DNA of 64,000 nt from positions 64,001 to 128,000 of IMG/VR virus record IMGVR_UViG_3300029349_000001; one strand, 5' to 3'. The notes beneath the pieces are model-generated. The model was not told the DNA's origin, made no database searches, and was given only the letters and a program-made list of their open reading frames with translations. The stretch comes from a virus. Shown here piece by piece: positions 28,799 through 38,481 of this stretch. Both the position numbers and the translations under genes were made by a program. Every line of letters begins with the position of its first letter. Position 1 is the stretch's first letter.

Positions 28799-30676
28799 TT
28801 ATTCTCCATTTTTAAGAAAGTCAGATATCGTCATAATTTTATCTAACATGGCTACGCCAAGGATATCAAACTTAATCCCACCTATCGCTTCTAGGTCTTG
28901 CATTTCCATACCAGCAATAGTTTGTTTATTTTTTGTGTCATAAACCATAGGACACATATCTGATAATCCTTGACTACTGATTAGTACACCAGCCGCATGT
29001 TTCGATTGATTAGACTTAGTTCCTTCCAGACGAATGGCTTGTTCAAACCTTTTGGCTAGAGGACCGGCCAACTCTCCGTCTTCATTAATATAGCACCACT
29101 CCTTGAGTTTGTCAACATTGTTTTCTAAGGCCCAGCGGATTATGGAAGATTCGCCAGTATCATCTTTCATTTCTTGGAGTTCGTCGGCAATTTTTGCTTC
29201 GTCGGGAATATGTTTGGTAATACGATTCATTTCTTCGAAGCTAATATTATCATATGCCCTAAGTACGTCTTTTAAGGCGCCTCGACCTTTCATAGTATTG
29301 AATGTAATCATTTGAGATACCTTATCTCTACCATACTTATTCTTGATATAGTCGATTACTTGTTCTCTCTTATTAATTGGTACGTCTATATCAATATCTG
29401 GCATACTTATTCTATCTTTAGTATTTCTTCCAGCGTTATAGAATCGTTCAAATAATAGATTATATTTAAGCGGATCTATGCTAGTAATACCAATTAAATA
29501 AGATACTAAACAGCCAGCAGCACTACCTCTGCCGGGACCGGGTAACCATCCTTCGTTTCGTACATATTGTACAATATCTTGCACTATCAAAAAGTAACTA
29601 GACAGACCCGCACCCTGTAGAACATCAAGTTCAGATTTTATTCTATCTACATATTTCTGCTGTTCTTCTGTGCTGATATTATTCTGTATTTTTTCTTTCC
29701 ATCCATTTCTACATAATTGTCTCAAGTATTCGTCGGGATTGTAACCCTTCGGACAATCAAAGGATGGCAAATGTGGCTTGTCTAAGATGTCATATTCTTC
29801 GCACATCTCAGCGACTATATTAGTATTCTCTATTTCTGTTTCATTGTGCAAAGCGGATATTTCTTCTTGAGAGGGTATGTGATAGTTGTCCGATAAAAAG
29901 AAGCAATCCATGCCAATTGATTCTTGATTTTGTATTTTGCTATTAATTTTACTCAAAGTTGTTTTGAGATTATTACATAACAAAATCCTCTGATCCATAG
30001 CATCTTCTTTTTCTGCGTAATGAGCATCAGGAGTACATATAACCTTTGTGTTGGTTGACTTCCCTAAATCTCTAATAGCGCCAGTTAAACTAGCCTGTAA
30101 TGCTATATTTTCCTGGTCCATAAGTTGAGCTTCTAGAAATACATTTTCATTACCAAAAATATCTTTAATATTATGGATAAAGTTCGTCCCAAGATTCATA
30201 TAGTCTTTTTTGATTGTATTATTGTCGGTAATAATATTTGCTAGAGTAGAACCTAAGTGTCCTACTACAGCAATCATATTTCCGGTCTCGACTATTGATC
30301 TAAGGGTTTCTATGTCTAGTCTTGGCTTATGATAAAAATATTCTGGCTTATTAGATTCGGAGACTATTCGAATTAAATTCTTCCAGCCCTTATAGTTTTT
30401 AGCAAGTACTATAAAGTGCGATAGTTTGCGATTAGAGGGTTCTTGTATAGACGGATTCTGATCGCATATATAGAGTTCACAACCCAATATAGGCTTGATG
30501 CCCTTCTTGGTCATGTCACTATAGAATTTGACCGCACCGGCAATGTTACCATGATCGGTTAATGCACAAGACTTTGCTTCTATCTTTATGCATCTATTTG
30601 CAATTTGTTGAGTTTTACTTAGTCCATCCAATAGAGAATAGTGTGATTCTCTAAGAATGGACGTGTAAAGGAACAT
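28799..30676 (-). CDS. dnaE: DNA polymerase III alpha, N-terminal half (PHP + palm); true start probably 30695 in another frame
   Basis: HYSLLDG, LTDHGN, GCE, DAHY, GPGRGSAAG, PDIDID, SKHAAG, KFDILG. Confidence 0.92.
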   Translation of the reverse strand: MFLYTSILRESHYSLLDGLSKTQQIANRCIKIEAKSCALTDHGNIAGAVKFYSDMTKKGIKPILGCELYICDQNPSIQEPSNRKLSHFIVLAKNYKGWKNLIRIVSESNKPEYFYHKPRLDIETLRSIVETGNMIAVVGHLGSTLANIITDNNTIKKDYMNLGTNFIHNIKDIFGNENVFLEAQLMDQENIALQASLTGAIRDLGKSTNTKVICTPDAHYAEKEDAMDQRILLCNNLKTTLSKINSKIQNQESIGMDCFFLSDNYHIPSQEEISALHNETEIENTNIVAEMCEEYDILDKPHLPSFDCPKGYNPDEYLRQLCRNGWKEKIQNNISTEEQQKYVDRIKSELDVLQGAGLSSYFLIVQDIVQYVRNEGWLPGPGRGSAAGCLVSYLIGITSIDPLKYNLLFERFYNAGRNTKDRISMPDIDIDVPINKREQVIDYIKNKYGRDKVSQMITFNTMKGRGALKDVLRAYDNISFEEMNRITKHIPDEAKIADELQEMKDDTGESSIIRWALENNVDKLKEWCYINEDGELAGPLAKRFEQAIRLEGTKSNQSKHAAGVLISSQGLSDMCPMVYDTKNKQTIAGMEMQDLEAIGGIKFDILGVAMLDKIMTISDFLKNGE

Positions 30677-30695
30677 ATTTCCTATTCACGCCCAT
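30632..30695 (-). other. Out-of-frame 5' segment of dnaE (MGVNRKYVPLHVHS-stop) with 10-nt insert and hairpin; candidate recoding site
   Basis: SD AAGGAG at 30705-30710, ATG at 30695, TCT-TAG-AGAA-TCA, inverted repeat TAGAGAAT/ATTCTCTA. Confidence 0.7.
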
Positions 30696-30711
30696 CTATT
30701 TTGTCTCCTTA

Positions 30712-31755
30712 TTAAGTGGTGCTTCCTGGAGCCTTATATTGTCCAAATGCATGGTTCTTATTTTTATACTGGTTTGTTACAGTATTGATTCCGTACAGTT
30801 CTATTTCATGTTTAATTTGTTCACATTTGGTCATAGTGGAACCAGTACCACAAGTCTGACCATCTCTATATTCTGTTAGTGGCTGCACATGCGTATTGTC
30901 AAATGTGGTTTTGCCAAAATGACATAACTTGTTACACATCCAGCTTTTATTTAATTTGGGGCGTTTTGATTTTTTGATTATTTCAAATTTGTGTCTCAAC
31001 ATATTCTCAGTTTCGGCCAAGTCTTTTTTATCAAAACAGATGGAAAATGGACCGCCATCATTAATAAAATATATGGAAAAAATGATATGATCTATATGTG
31101 GATATAGATGACTAATAGCATAATGATATATTCTTAACTGAGGATCTCTTTCTAGCTTTTCTTGTGTCTTTTCTTCGCCGGTAGCCCAGTCTAATCGCCT
31201 GCCGGTCTTCCAGTCGATCACTTCTATGGTATTATCGTTGATCAGCGTGATCAAGTCAATAGTACCTTTTAGTGCAAGATTGCCCGAAATCTTACCGTCT
31301 GCCGTATCATATTCATAGGCAGACCACGGCTTCTTAATCTCGAAATCAAAGTGTTGTTCTGGACAAAGAATATTTCTTTTTCTTGGATCAAACATACCAT
31401 CATTAAATTCTATCGCTTTATAGACCCAATTATGGCAGTCTTTATAGTCTTTCAACGACCACTTATGATGTGGACTGTGAGTGGAATAGTAATTATATAC
31501 TTTTTCGATAATAGTATTTAAAGAGTAATTATTTACATCTAATTCGCCAACCACATCATCGATGACAATATTTTGATTATCTTGTTGTGCCTTTTTAATT
31601 ACAGCTAATATTTCTAGCACCTTGTGCGTAATAGTGCCTTTATCAGCCTTTTGTCCAGAAGGAGATCTCCAGCCTAGCACGTATTCTAAGTAATATTGTT
31701 GCTCGCACATTGAGTGCGTATTAAAGCTAGAAGATCTAAAATAAGTAATAATCAT
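30712..31755 (-). CDS. PD-(D/E)XK RecB/Cas4-like nuclease
   Basis: GTITHKVLE, GTIDL, IDWKTG, QLRIY; one N-terminal Cys plus C-terminal CNKLC..C. Confidence 0.85.
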   Translation of the reverse strand: MIITYFRSSSFNTHSMCEQQYYLEYVLGWRSPSGQKADKGTITHKVLEILAVIKKAQQDNQNIVIDDVVGELDVNNYSLNTIIEKVYNYYSTHSPHHKWSLKDYKDCHNWVYKAIEFNDGMFDPRKRNILCPEQHFDFEIKKPWSAYEYDTADGKISGNLALKGTIDLITLINDNTIEVIDWKTGRRLDWATGEEKTQEKLERDPQLRIYHYAISHLYPHIDHIIFSIYFINDGGPFSICFDKKDLAETENMLRHKFEIIKKSKRPKLNKSWMCNKLCHFGKTTFDNTHVQPLTEYRDGQTCGTGSTMTKCEQIKHEIELYGINTVTNQYKNKNHAFGQYKAPGSTT

Positions 31756-32477
31756 TTATTGCCTAAGTATAGTTTAAGAATATTTTGTAATTCAACACAC
31801 TGATCATAGATACTCATATTATCATTTTCGATGATATGATTAAAGTTTTGCCAATCGTATCGATTTTTATCTAAAATAATTTCGCTCATATGTTCCGAAT
31901 TGTCGTATTTTCGTGTGAGCCTAATAACCACGCCATTATACTGCTTAATAGCATCTACTTCGTTCGGAAACCTACAGTCCGTAATAATAGCTATATGTGG
32001 CTTTTCTTTATCAATTTTCTTTAGAGTAGCTTCTGCCCAAACATTAGTTTTAAGCTTTCTAAATAGGTCAGTACCTATTAATTGCATAGCATCTCTAGCT
32101 GTTAATTTTTTGCCATCCCATTCCAGATCTGTTAACTCATTCTTATCTTCATCAGAGCCATAACACTGATTATATGTCATGCCCAAAATATCCATACAAA
32201 TATTTTGTTTAAGAATGTCAGCAAAATTATATATCTTAATAACCGGATCTAAAATTTGAAAAGCCTTTTGTATATTCCAGTCGGTAGTAGAACGACTACA
32301 AGGATCAAATACTCCTTTATAGTTAGCATCTCCACACAAATCAGAAATTTCTATTTGTCCTTTCCAATTAATCCAGGCTTTAGAGGAAACGCCAGACTCG
32401 ACCATCATAAGCGAATAAATGAAGTTTCCGCTGGTAGATTTGCCCGATTGCTTCTTGCCAGATATGCCTATAATCAT
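31752..32477 (-). CDS. Deoxynucleoside monophosphate kinase (T4 gp1-like)
   Basis: GKKQSGKST, FADILK, RDAMQLIGTD, ITDCRFPNE. Confidence 0.88.
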   Translation of the reverse strand: MIIGISGKKQSGKSTSGNFIYSLMMVESGVSSKAWINWKGQIEISDLCGDANYKGVFDPCSRSTTDWNIQKAFQILDPVIKIYNFADILKQNICMDILGMTYNQCYGSDEDKNELTDLEWDGKKLTARDAMQLIGTDLFRKLKTNVWAEATLKKIDKEKPHIAIITDCRFPNEVDAIKQYNGVVIRLTRKYDNSEHMSEIILDKNRYDWQNFNHIIENDNMSIYDQCVELQNILKLYLGNK

Positions 32478-32490
32478 ATTATATCTATTC

Positions 32491-33651
32491 CTATATTATA
32501 TTTAGTTTTTTGATATCTTCTACAGACATGGACGCTATATCATTGGCCGGTATATCTATATGAGTAACATTATACGTTTTCTTACATTTCGTATAAATTT
32601 TTTCTCTGGCCTGATATCCTGCTTCGTCGTTATCCATTATTGTTATAATATCCATAGCGCCAGAACAATCAACAATCATTTTTTGACGATCTGTGAATGT
32701 AGTACCGAAGATAGCAATCGCATTATGGATACCCGCTTCCTCCAGCCTCCATACGTTTCCGGGACTCTCTACCAAAATAACCGTATTATTGTTGGTTTTG
32801 ATGTGCTGTTTGGCAGACCAGATGTTGTATACGTTGTCTCCTGACTTAAAGCCAGAACTATGTTTCCATTTGGAATACTTCCATGACTCTATCTCACCAG
32901 GACAATTATGTTTAGGATCATGGTGAGATTTACACTTGCTACATTTCTCAAATAAACTACGACCAGTACAGCCAACTATATATTCGTTATTATCATCAAA
33001 AATTGGTACTACTGCACGATTATGCATTTCTTTGGTCTCATCATAACAGTCGCCAACATAGTATTTAGATAATATAGCCTTACTAAATCCTCTTTCTAGA
33101 AAATATTCAGAAGGTACAGATATCTTGGATAAGAGATAGTCTTTAGAAATCTTAAGTTTATCTTTATCTGAAGATTCTGTAATATATCTAACAGTATTTA
33201 CAAAATCATTCTTGTCTTTAACTTTGGCGTCTATGACCGATAGACTATTGATATCTATCTTATTCCCTAGGAACTGCTGTATAAACTGGATAGCTTCATT
33301 AAAAGAGCAAGTCTTGTCTCCGTTGTTTTGCCAATTATATTTTCTATGAGATAAACATCCTCTAACAAAACCTATAATAGAAGACTTAAATACGTCTTGA
33401 CAGTTGTGTGTACGACATTTCCAATTCCCCCTATAGGAATCTCCAATATGATACACATTACACGCACCGCCATTATCTCCGCCGTGTATGGGACAAGACA
33501 TGGTGGCCATTTTATCATATAGCTTATAATCTATATGTAATACGTCCAACAGTTCTTCTATCCTGTCACAAACAGCATCACTAATAGCCTTAAGATGCTG
33601 CTGATTATACGAAGGGGATTTCGGTTTCATGAGAGCCGTCTGATTCGTCAT
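32491..33651 (-). CDS. dnaG: DNA primase (Zn finger + TOPRIM)
   Basis: CPIHGGDN..WKC..C, RAVVPI, GRS, VESPGN, DNDEAG. Confidence 0.88.
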   Translation of the reverse strand: MTNQTALMKPKSPSYNQQHLKAISDAVCDRIEELLDVLHIDYKLYDKMATMSCPIHGGDNGGACNVYHIGDSYRGNWKCRTHNCQDVFKSSIIGFVRGCLSHRKYNWQNNGDKTCSFNEAIQFIQQFLGNKIDINSLSVIDAKVKDKNDFVNTVRYITESSDKDKLKISKDYLLSKISVPSEYFLERGFSKAILSKYYVGDCYDETKEMHNRAVVPIFDDNNEYIVGCTGRSLFEKCSKCKSHHDPKHNCPGEIESWKYSKWKHSSGFKSGDNVYNIWSAKQHIKTNNNTVILVESPGNVWRLEEAGIHNAIAIFGTTFTDRQKMIVDCSGAMDIITIMDNDEAGYQAREKIYTKCKKTYNVTHIDIPANDIASMSVEDIKKLNII

Positions 33652-35077
33652 CTACTACAAATCCTTCTTTCTTGGTAGAAACATTGTTCATAATCTCTAG
33701 TCTGGTTTTGCCCTCTACTATCTTGGCACACCAGCCTTTCATATAGCAGTTGATATAGTCATTGTCATCTAGTCCCCCGCCGTGTCTGCTAATTAGTGGT
33801 ACTAGTTTTCTGTTCCCGTTAGCCGCACCATCTTCTGCTATTTCCTCATCGGACTTACGCTTAAAAATAGTAAAATTACTACATAGCCAAATAATTCTAT
33901 CTGAACCGCTAGCAGAGTCGGTACTTTCTTTGGTTATGCCGTCTCGATTTAACTGTATAAATGCCACAATTGGAACTTTATATCTAACCGCAAAGTTGTG
34001 TAAACTAGTCATCATAAAGCCTAGAACCTGATACTCTTTGAGATCCTGACTAATACCAGCACTATCCATAAGCTTTAAATAATCATAGAATATAACACAT
34101 TCTTTAGCCGTTCCGTCTTCATTTAGTCCTACGTCCTTAACTAACCATCTTCTCATAATGGCCAACTGATCTTCAAACGGCTTGCCTGCGATACTCTTAT
34201 GATAAATCTTCATGCTCTTTAGTTTTTCAACCGCTGTCATGATTTTATTCTTTTTATCTGCTGATTCGGCAAATTTTCCTGTTTCAATAGAGTTCATATC
34301 TACTTCGCTCATCATAGCTAGAAGTCTATGGATATGATCTTCTCTATTCATTTCGGTATCCATATTTAAAATAGGTATACCTAGAGCAGCTATGTTTTTA
34401 CCCATATTATCAGACATTAGGGTTTTACCAACCTTTGGTCTGGCACCGATAACATTAATGGTCCCCCTTCTTAGGCCACCACCAATAGCTTGATCATATA
34501 TGGGAAACCCTGTAGGAATACCAACTTGGTCTACCTTGTTTTCTTCCAGAAGTTTAATATAGTCATCAATAGATGAAGAAATCTGTTCGGGTCCGCTCTC
34601 TGCATCATTCAGCAATGAGCTAAAATTAAAAATACTATCTTCGGCTATACCAACAATAGATGATATAGATTCATTGCCTGTAACTTCTAATATTTTATTT
34701 TGCGTAGTTTCTAACTGCTTACGCAAAAGTCGGGCTATTTCTAATTTGCGTATCTTTGCTGCAAATTTTCTAACATTGTCTACATTTACTGGAAAATCTA
34801 TAATAGCCTTAAGATGCTGCGCTTCTTCTTTCTTGTTTAGAATATGACTGATATCTAATTCTTGAGCAGCAGAATAGATTGATGCAACGTCCAGCGATTG
34901 TTTGTTATCTTTTTCGCAGATATGCTTTATACATTTATATAAGATAGCATTACTATCAACAGTAAAAGACGACTCTTGGATAATATCTACAACATCCAAA
35001 AACGCATCTTCACCATATCTACATATACCAGCTAAAACTGCCCTTTCGGCAGAAGGATCACATAAAATATTTGGCAT
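33605..35077 (-). CDS. dnaB: Replicative DNA helicase
   Basis: AERAVL, GIPTGF, GARPKVGKT, DYLKL, QLNR. Confidence 0.93.
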   Translation of the reverse strand: MPNILCDPSAERAVLAGICRYGEDAFLDVVDIIQESSFTVDSNAILYKCIKHICEKDNKQSLDVASIYSAAQELDISHILNKKEEAQHLKAIIDFPVNVDNVRKFAAKIRKLEIARLLRKQLETTQNKILEVTGNESISSIVGIAEDSIFNFSSLLNDAESGPEQISSSIDDYIKLLEENKVDQVGIPTGFPIYDQAIGGGLRRGTINVIGARPKVGKTLMSDNMGKNIAALGIPILNMDTEMNREDHIHRLLAMMSEVDMNSIETGKFAESADKKNKIMTAVEKLKSMKIYHKSIAGKPFEDQLAIMRRWLVKDVGLNEDGTAKECVIFYDYLKLMDSAGISQDLKEYQVLGFMMTSLHNFAVRYKVPIVAFIQLNRDGITKESTDSASGSDRIIWLCSNFTIFKRKSDEEIAEDGAANGNRKLVPLISRHGGGLDDNDYINCYMKGWCAKIVEGKTRLEIMNNVSTKKEGFVVDDESDGSHETEIPFV

Positions 35078-35079
35078 TC

Positions 35080-35472
35080 TTACCCCTGAGTAGATGAGCA
35101 GTTATTGCATTTGTATCGTGACGGATCGTAGACGAGTCCAGGATTAACCTGTTCAGACCTACCGCAGACTCTACATTTTACTGTGATCGGGTCAAAATGT
35201 CTAGTCCTCGGTATTGGCGGATTCTTAGACAGTTTCTTATCTATCGCAGCATCGTCCTTAAACATATACATTTCTTGCATAGCCAAAAACTTATTGGTAC
35301 TTTGTGGCTGTTCTGGCTCTTTTTTCTTTTTGGTTTTTTTAGCTTTTGTGGTCTTTTTAGGCTTTTCTGTAACACTATCGTCGCCGCTCTCGTCTTTGGG
35401 CAAAAGCGCTTGAAGTACAGATATGATGTCTTTGATTTTTTGTGGGTCGTTTAATAGTTCTTTAGGATCCAT
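35080..35472 (-). CDS. Hypothetical protein with C-terminal Zn finger
   Basis: CRVCG...CNNC. Confidence 0.65.
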   Translation of the reverse strand: MDPKELLNDPQKIKDIISVLQALLPKDESGDDSVTEKPKKTTKAKKTKKKKEPEQPQSTNKFLAMQEMYMFKDDAAIDKKLSKNPPIPRTRHFDPITVKCRVCGRSEQVNPGLVYDPSRYKCNNCSSTQG

Positions 35473-35947
35473 GTTTCACCTTTGTTTTATGAACAGACAC
35501 TAATATATCCGATAGATTTTTTATTCCATTAGCTATATATGATAATCTATCCATGCGCTGTTTTGCATATTTCTTTATAGAGTTTAGATTACTTGCTCTT
35601 TCATTATGCTTAATAGCTTGCATTGATTTTTCTATATAGCCATATCCTTTATAGTTATTAATTTCATCAGCTATTACTTCTTTGATTGTTTCTTCTGCCC
35701 AGTTATGTCTAGCAGTTTCTCTATTGGATGTTCTTTGTACATGCAAAGAGAATTGTGCTAATCTTAGAGAAATTTGAATACAGTCTTCTGGTGATAGTTT
35801 TTCTATCTGTGATCTATCCATATTTAGATAACCATTCAATTCATCAGAAGATAACGACCCATTATATTTGGGAAGTCCGATAGACTGTTCATATTCGTCT
35901 AGAATCGAATCCCACTTTTCTAATTCTTCTTTGGCTGTTTTATGCAT
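35462..35947 (-). CDS. Helical hypothetical protein (possible recombination mediator)
   Basis: Start at MHKT overlaps the upstream stop; lies between recA and dnaB. Function is inferred. Confidence 0.5.
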   Translation of the reverse strand: MHKTAKEELEKWDSILDEYEQSIGLPKYNGSLSSDELNGYLNMDRSQIEKLSPEDCIQISLRLAQFSLHVQRTSNRETARHNWAEETIKEVIADEINNYKGYGYIEKSMQAIKHNERASNLNSIKKYAKQRMDRLSYIANGIKNLSDILVSVHKTKVKHGS

Positions 35948-36344
35948 TGCTAATAAGTTCCTTCCACTCGTTTGTTGTATCAAAAGGTAGTGCTATATAA
36001 GATATTCCATTATTGACACACCAATTTTGCTTATCTTCGTCTCTTTTTTTGCTCTTAACGAAACCCATTACATTCTGATGATAAAATTGTACAAACTTAT
36101 AATGCTGTTCGCCATGAACCTCAATACATTTTTTAATCAGTGGTAGATAAAAATCTAGGTATAAAGTTTCGCTACGTCTAACAGGAATTGGAACTTCTTC
36201 TAATACCTGTAGAGTTGGATATATTTCATGTATTAAGGATCTAGCTAGTAAATGTAAATCTGACTTATTTTGTAGTCTGCTATTAGAGATACAACCAGTA
36301 ATAGACCAAGAAACTTTATTATTGTCTAGGTCTTTAATAATCAT
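35940..36344 (-). CDS. Vsr/DUF559-like small endonuclease
   Basis: LYLDFYLP, IEVHGEQHY, RDEDKQNWC. Confidence 0.75.
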   Translation of the reverse strand: MIIKDLDNNKVSWSITGCISNSRLQNKSDLHLLARSLIHEIYPTLQVLEEVPIPVRRSETLYLDFYLPLIKKCIEVHGEQHYKFVQFYHQNVMGFVKSKKRDEDKQNWCVNNGISYIALPFDTTNEWKELISNA

Positions 36345-37360
36345 GTTTTAATGCCCATAGTATCTTTAACAGATTTGACCAAATTATCATACGCAGCAGA
36401 ATTCTCTAATAGATACGCTCTTACTTTTTCTACTCCCTGGAATTTAGGGCTATCTTTTTCGGACGTTAGTGTATACCAAGCACCACCCTTATTGATAATA
36501 CCTATATCTGATGCTATATTGATAATTTCTGTATATTTATCTATGCCTTGGCCATATCTAATATAACTGGTAGTTGTAGCGCCCGGAGGCCCCAATGCAG
36601 AACACACCACTTGCCACTCTACTTCCTGTCCTATTTGCGTACCATCTGCTCCAGTTGTCCACGGTTTAAAAGTTTTGGCTCGGAGCTTGATGTCAGTTTG
36701 ATAGGCGATTGCCTGACCACTCTTTTCCTTAAACTCTGCACCATAACCAGTTGGATTGCCCATTAAGTGAGTAATACCAATAACAATATTCTTATTAACC
36801 GGAATAACGTTGGCAACTTTACGACAAAACTTAGCTAATAACTTAGCCCCGTCTGCTCTTTGCATCTTATCCATATCACTTGTAATTTCTGCTTCTGTAC
36901 ATAGTGCAGAATATGAGTCTATGATTAGTACGCATCCCGGTTCTTGATTAATAATTTTTTCAGCTATCTGTAGATATTCTTCTGCGTGTAATATTTTACC
37001 TTGTTGACTACCTATTACATGAAATCTATCTAGGTCTAATCCCTTGATACCTTCTAGGTCACGCTTTTTAATTCTACCTTCAATATTTAGGTAATACACT
37101 TCTCTAGGTGCCTTAAGATTACCTTTATATTCTGGTCTTTGTGCTGTTGCCGCAAAGTCTAATGATGTAACAGTTTTACCACACTTGGGTTGTCCAGTTA
37201 ATACCACAAAACTTCCCTCTGGCACACCACCGCTCAAGATCATATCAAGAGATGGACTTACCGGTATAACCACCACTTTTCTATCAACGATAGAATTACC
37301 GGACAAAATTATGTCGTCGCCAAAATCTTTCTTTACTTCTGTTTTTATACTACTACTCAT
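36341..37360 (-). CDS. recA: RecA/UvsX-like recombinase
   Basis: SLDMILSGGVP, GQPKCGKT, IIDS, GAWY. Confidence 0.9.
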   Translation of the reverse strand: MSSSIKTEVKKDFGDDIILSGNSIVDRKVVVIPVSPSLDMILSGGVPEGSFVVLTGQPKCGKTVTSLDFAATAQRPEYKGNLKAPREVYYLNIEGRIKKRDLEGIKGLDLDRFHVIGSQQGKILHAEEYLQIAEKIINQEPGCVLIIDSYSALCTEAEITSDMDKMQRADGAKLLAKFCRKVANVIPVNKNIVIGITHLMGNPTGYGAEFKEKSGQAIAYQTDIKLRAKTFKPWTTGADGTQIGQEVEWQVVCSALGPPGATTTSYIRYGQGIDKYTEIINIASDIGIINKGGAWYTLTSEKDSPKFQGVEKVRAYLLENSAAYDNLVKSVKDTMGIKT

Positions 37361-37775
37361 TATCTAATTCCTTGAGCTTTGAGATGATGCCTTTTTTATT
37401 TGGTATTGTAGTTTTATATTTTACATTATCAGATCGATTTAATTGTATAGATAATGTCTTGTTTTCTGCATCTACAATCTTTTGATATCTGTCTATGATA
37501 GGTAGAAGGTGCGGCGCTCGCAAGGAATATATTTTGGCTGCGTCCTTATCTTTTAATGCCAACACAATAGCTTTCGATGAATATTTTTTAAGTAGTTTAT
37601 GTGCTGATGATATTTGATTTCTAAAATATACAGCCCACTCATCAGATACCCAGAACCTAAAATGTAAATCTTTTTTATTCCTTATGGCCTGATGTTCACA
37701 GATAATTTCAGTTATATATTGAGCCGCAGATACTTCCTTGTCATTGGAGTACTTTGATATATAGGTATCAGCCAT
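37353..37775 (-). CDS. Hypothetical protein
   Basis: In-operon ORF overlapping the recA start. Confidence 0.65.
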   Translation of the reverse strand: MADTYISKYSNDKEVSAAQYITEIICEHQAIRNKKDLHFRFWVSDEWAVYFRNQISSAHKLLKKYSSKAIVLALKDKDAAKIYSLRAPHLLPIIDRYQKIVDAENKTLSIQLNRSDNVKYKTTIPNKKGIISKLKELDNE

Positions 37776-37789
37776 AATTAATTGAGTAG

Positions 37790-38092
37790 TCAGCCTCTGG
37801 GTCTAAAGATATTGGTATTGTTATTTTGCTTATTAGTTTTCTTGGCTACTTCATCAGACAAAAAGGATGCTTCTTTAGTCATTATTGCAACACCCTTATT
37901 TCTTTTGCCTGCTGTTTCAGAAATCATCAGCTTACTAATTCTACTAGCCTTTTCTTCTGTGGTTTCTGCCAAAGCCGCACTGACAGACTCTTCTGATATA
38001 TTAAGTTCTTTGGCTATGTCGGCCACTGGAACATTTTTGTGATTAAGCCACTGTATAGCATAAGATGTGGTGTTTGATATTTTTTTTGACAT
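37790..38092 (-). CDS. HTH-domain protein
   Basis: AIQWL..KNVPVADIAKELNISEESV. Confidence 0.65.
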   Translation of the reverse strand: MSKKISNTTSYAIQWLNHKNVPVADIAKELNISEESVSAALAETTEEKASRISKLMISETAGKRNKGVAIMTKEASFLSDEVAKKTNKQNNNTNIFRPRG

Positions 38093-38481
38093 TAAACCAT
38101 CTCCCGATTGATGTTATTATAGATAGACATATTTTGTGTTTGTAAAAATGTTAAATACATTTCAAATAAATTATGGCTAGTTTCTTTAAATTTGACTTGA
38201 GGTTCGTTGGACTTATTCACAAGATTCTTTTTAGAATTAACATTGCCATATATGTTATATGGATTATACAACATATTATTCTCATCTATTCTTACAAAGA
38301 ATTTCCATCTATTCTGAAGATGTAGCTTCTTTGCATATACATACTCAGAATCGTTATCTAGTGTGCTATTACCAGCACTATCTAGACGTGACGAGTTTTT
38401 CTTAATAGTATAGAAAATGTTCTTTTCAGTTTTGGCTTTACTATTTATGGCAAAAATTGCGTTAGATAGGTCTTCATGCAT
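38092..38481 (-). CDS. Hypothetical protein, paralog of 39201..39608
   Basis: YAKK..FFVR..LYNP..FEMYLTFLQTQN..RE shared pattern. Confidence 0.65.
   Translation of the reverse strand: MHEDLSNAIFAINSKAKTEKNIFYTIKKNSSRLDSAGNSTLDNDSEYVYAKKLHLQNRWKFFVRIDENNMLYNPYNIYGNVNSKKNLVNKSNEPQVKFKETSHNLFEMYLTFLQTQNMSIYNNINREMV

Noticed and set aside
30618-30653. TAG read-through or amber reassignment explaining the dnaE interruption
   Set aside because: Read-through stays in the wrong frame and hits TAA after 11 codons. Other genes end normally at TAG (e.g. 7907, 17399) and long ORFs are intact in the standard code.
26298-30676. Split intein joining the DnaE halves
   Set aside because: No intein N-terminal block after KFDILG and no HN-C/S/T junction in the C-half.
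30712-31755. CRISPR-Cas locus
   Set aside because: The Cas4-like gene is alone; no repeat-spacer array or other cas genes.
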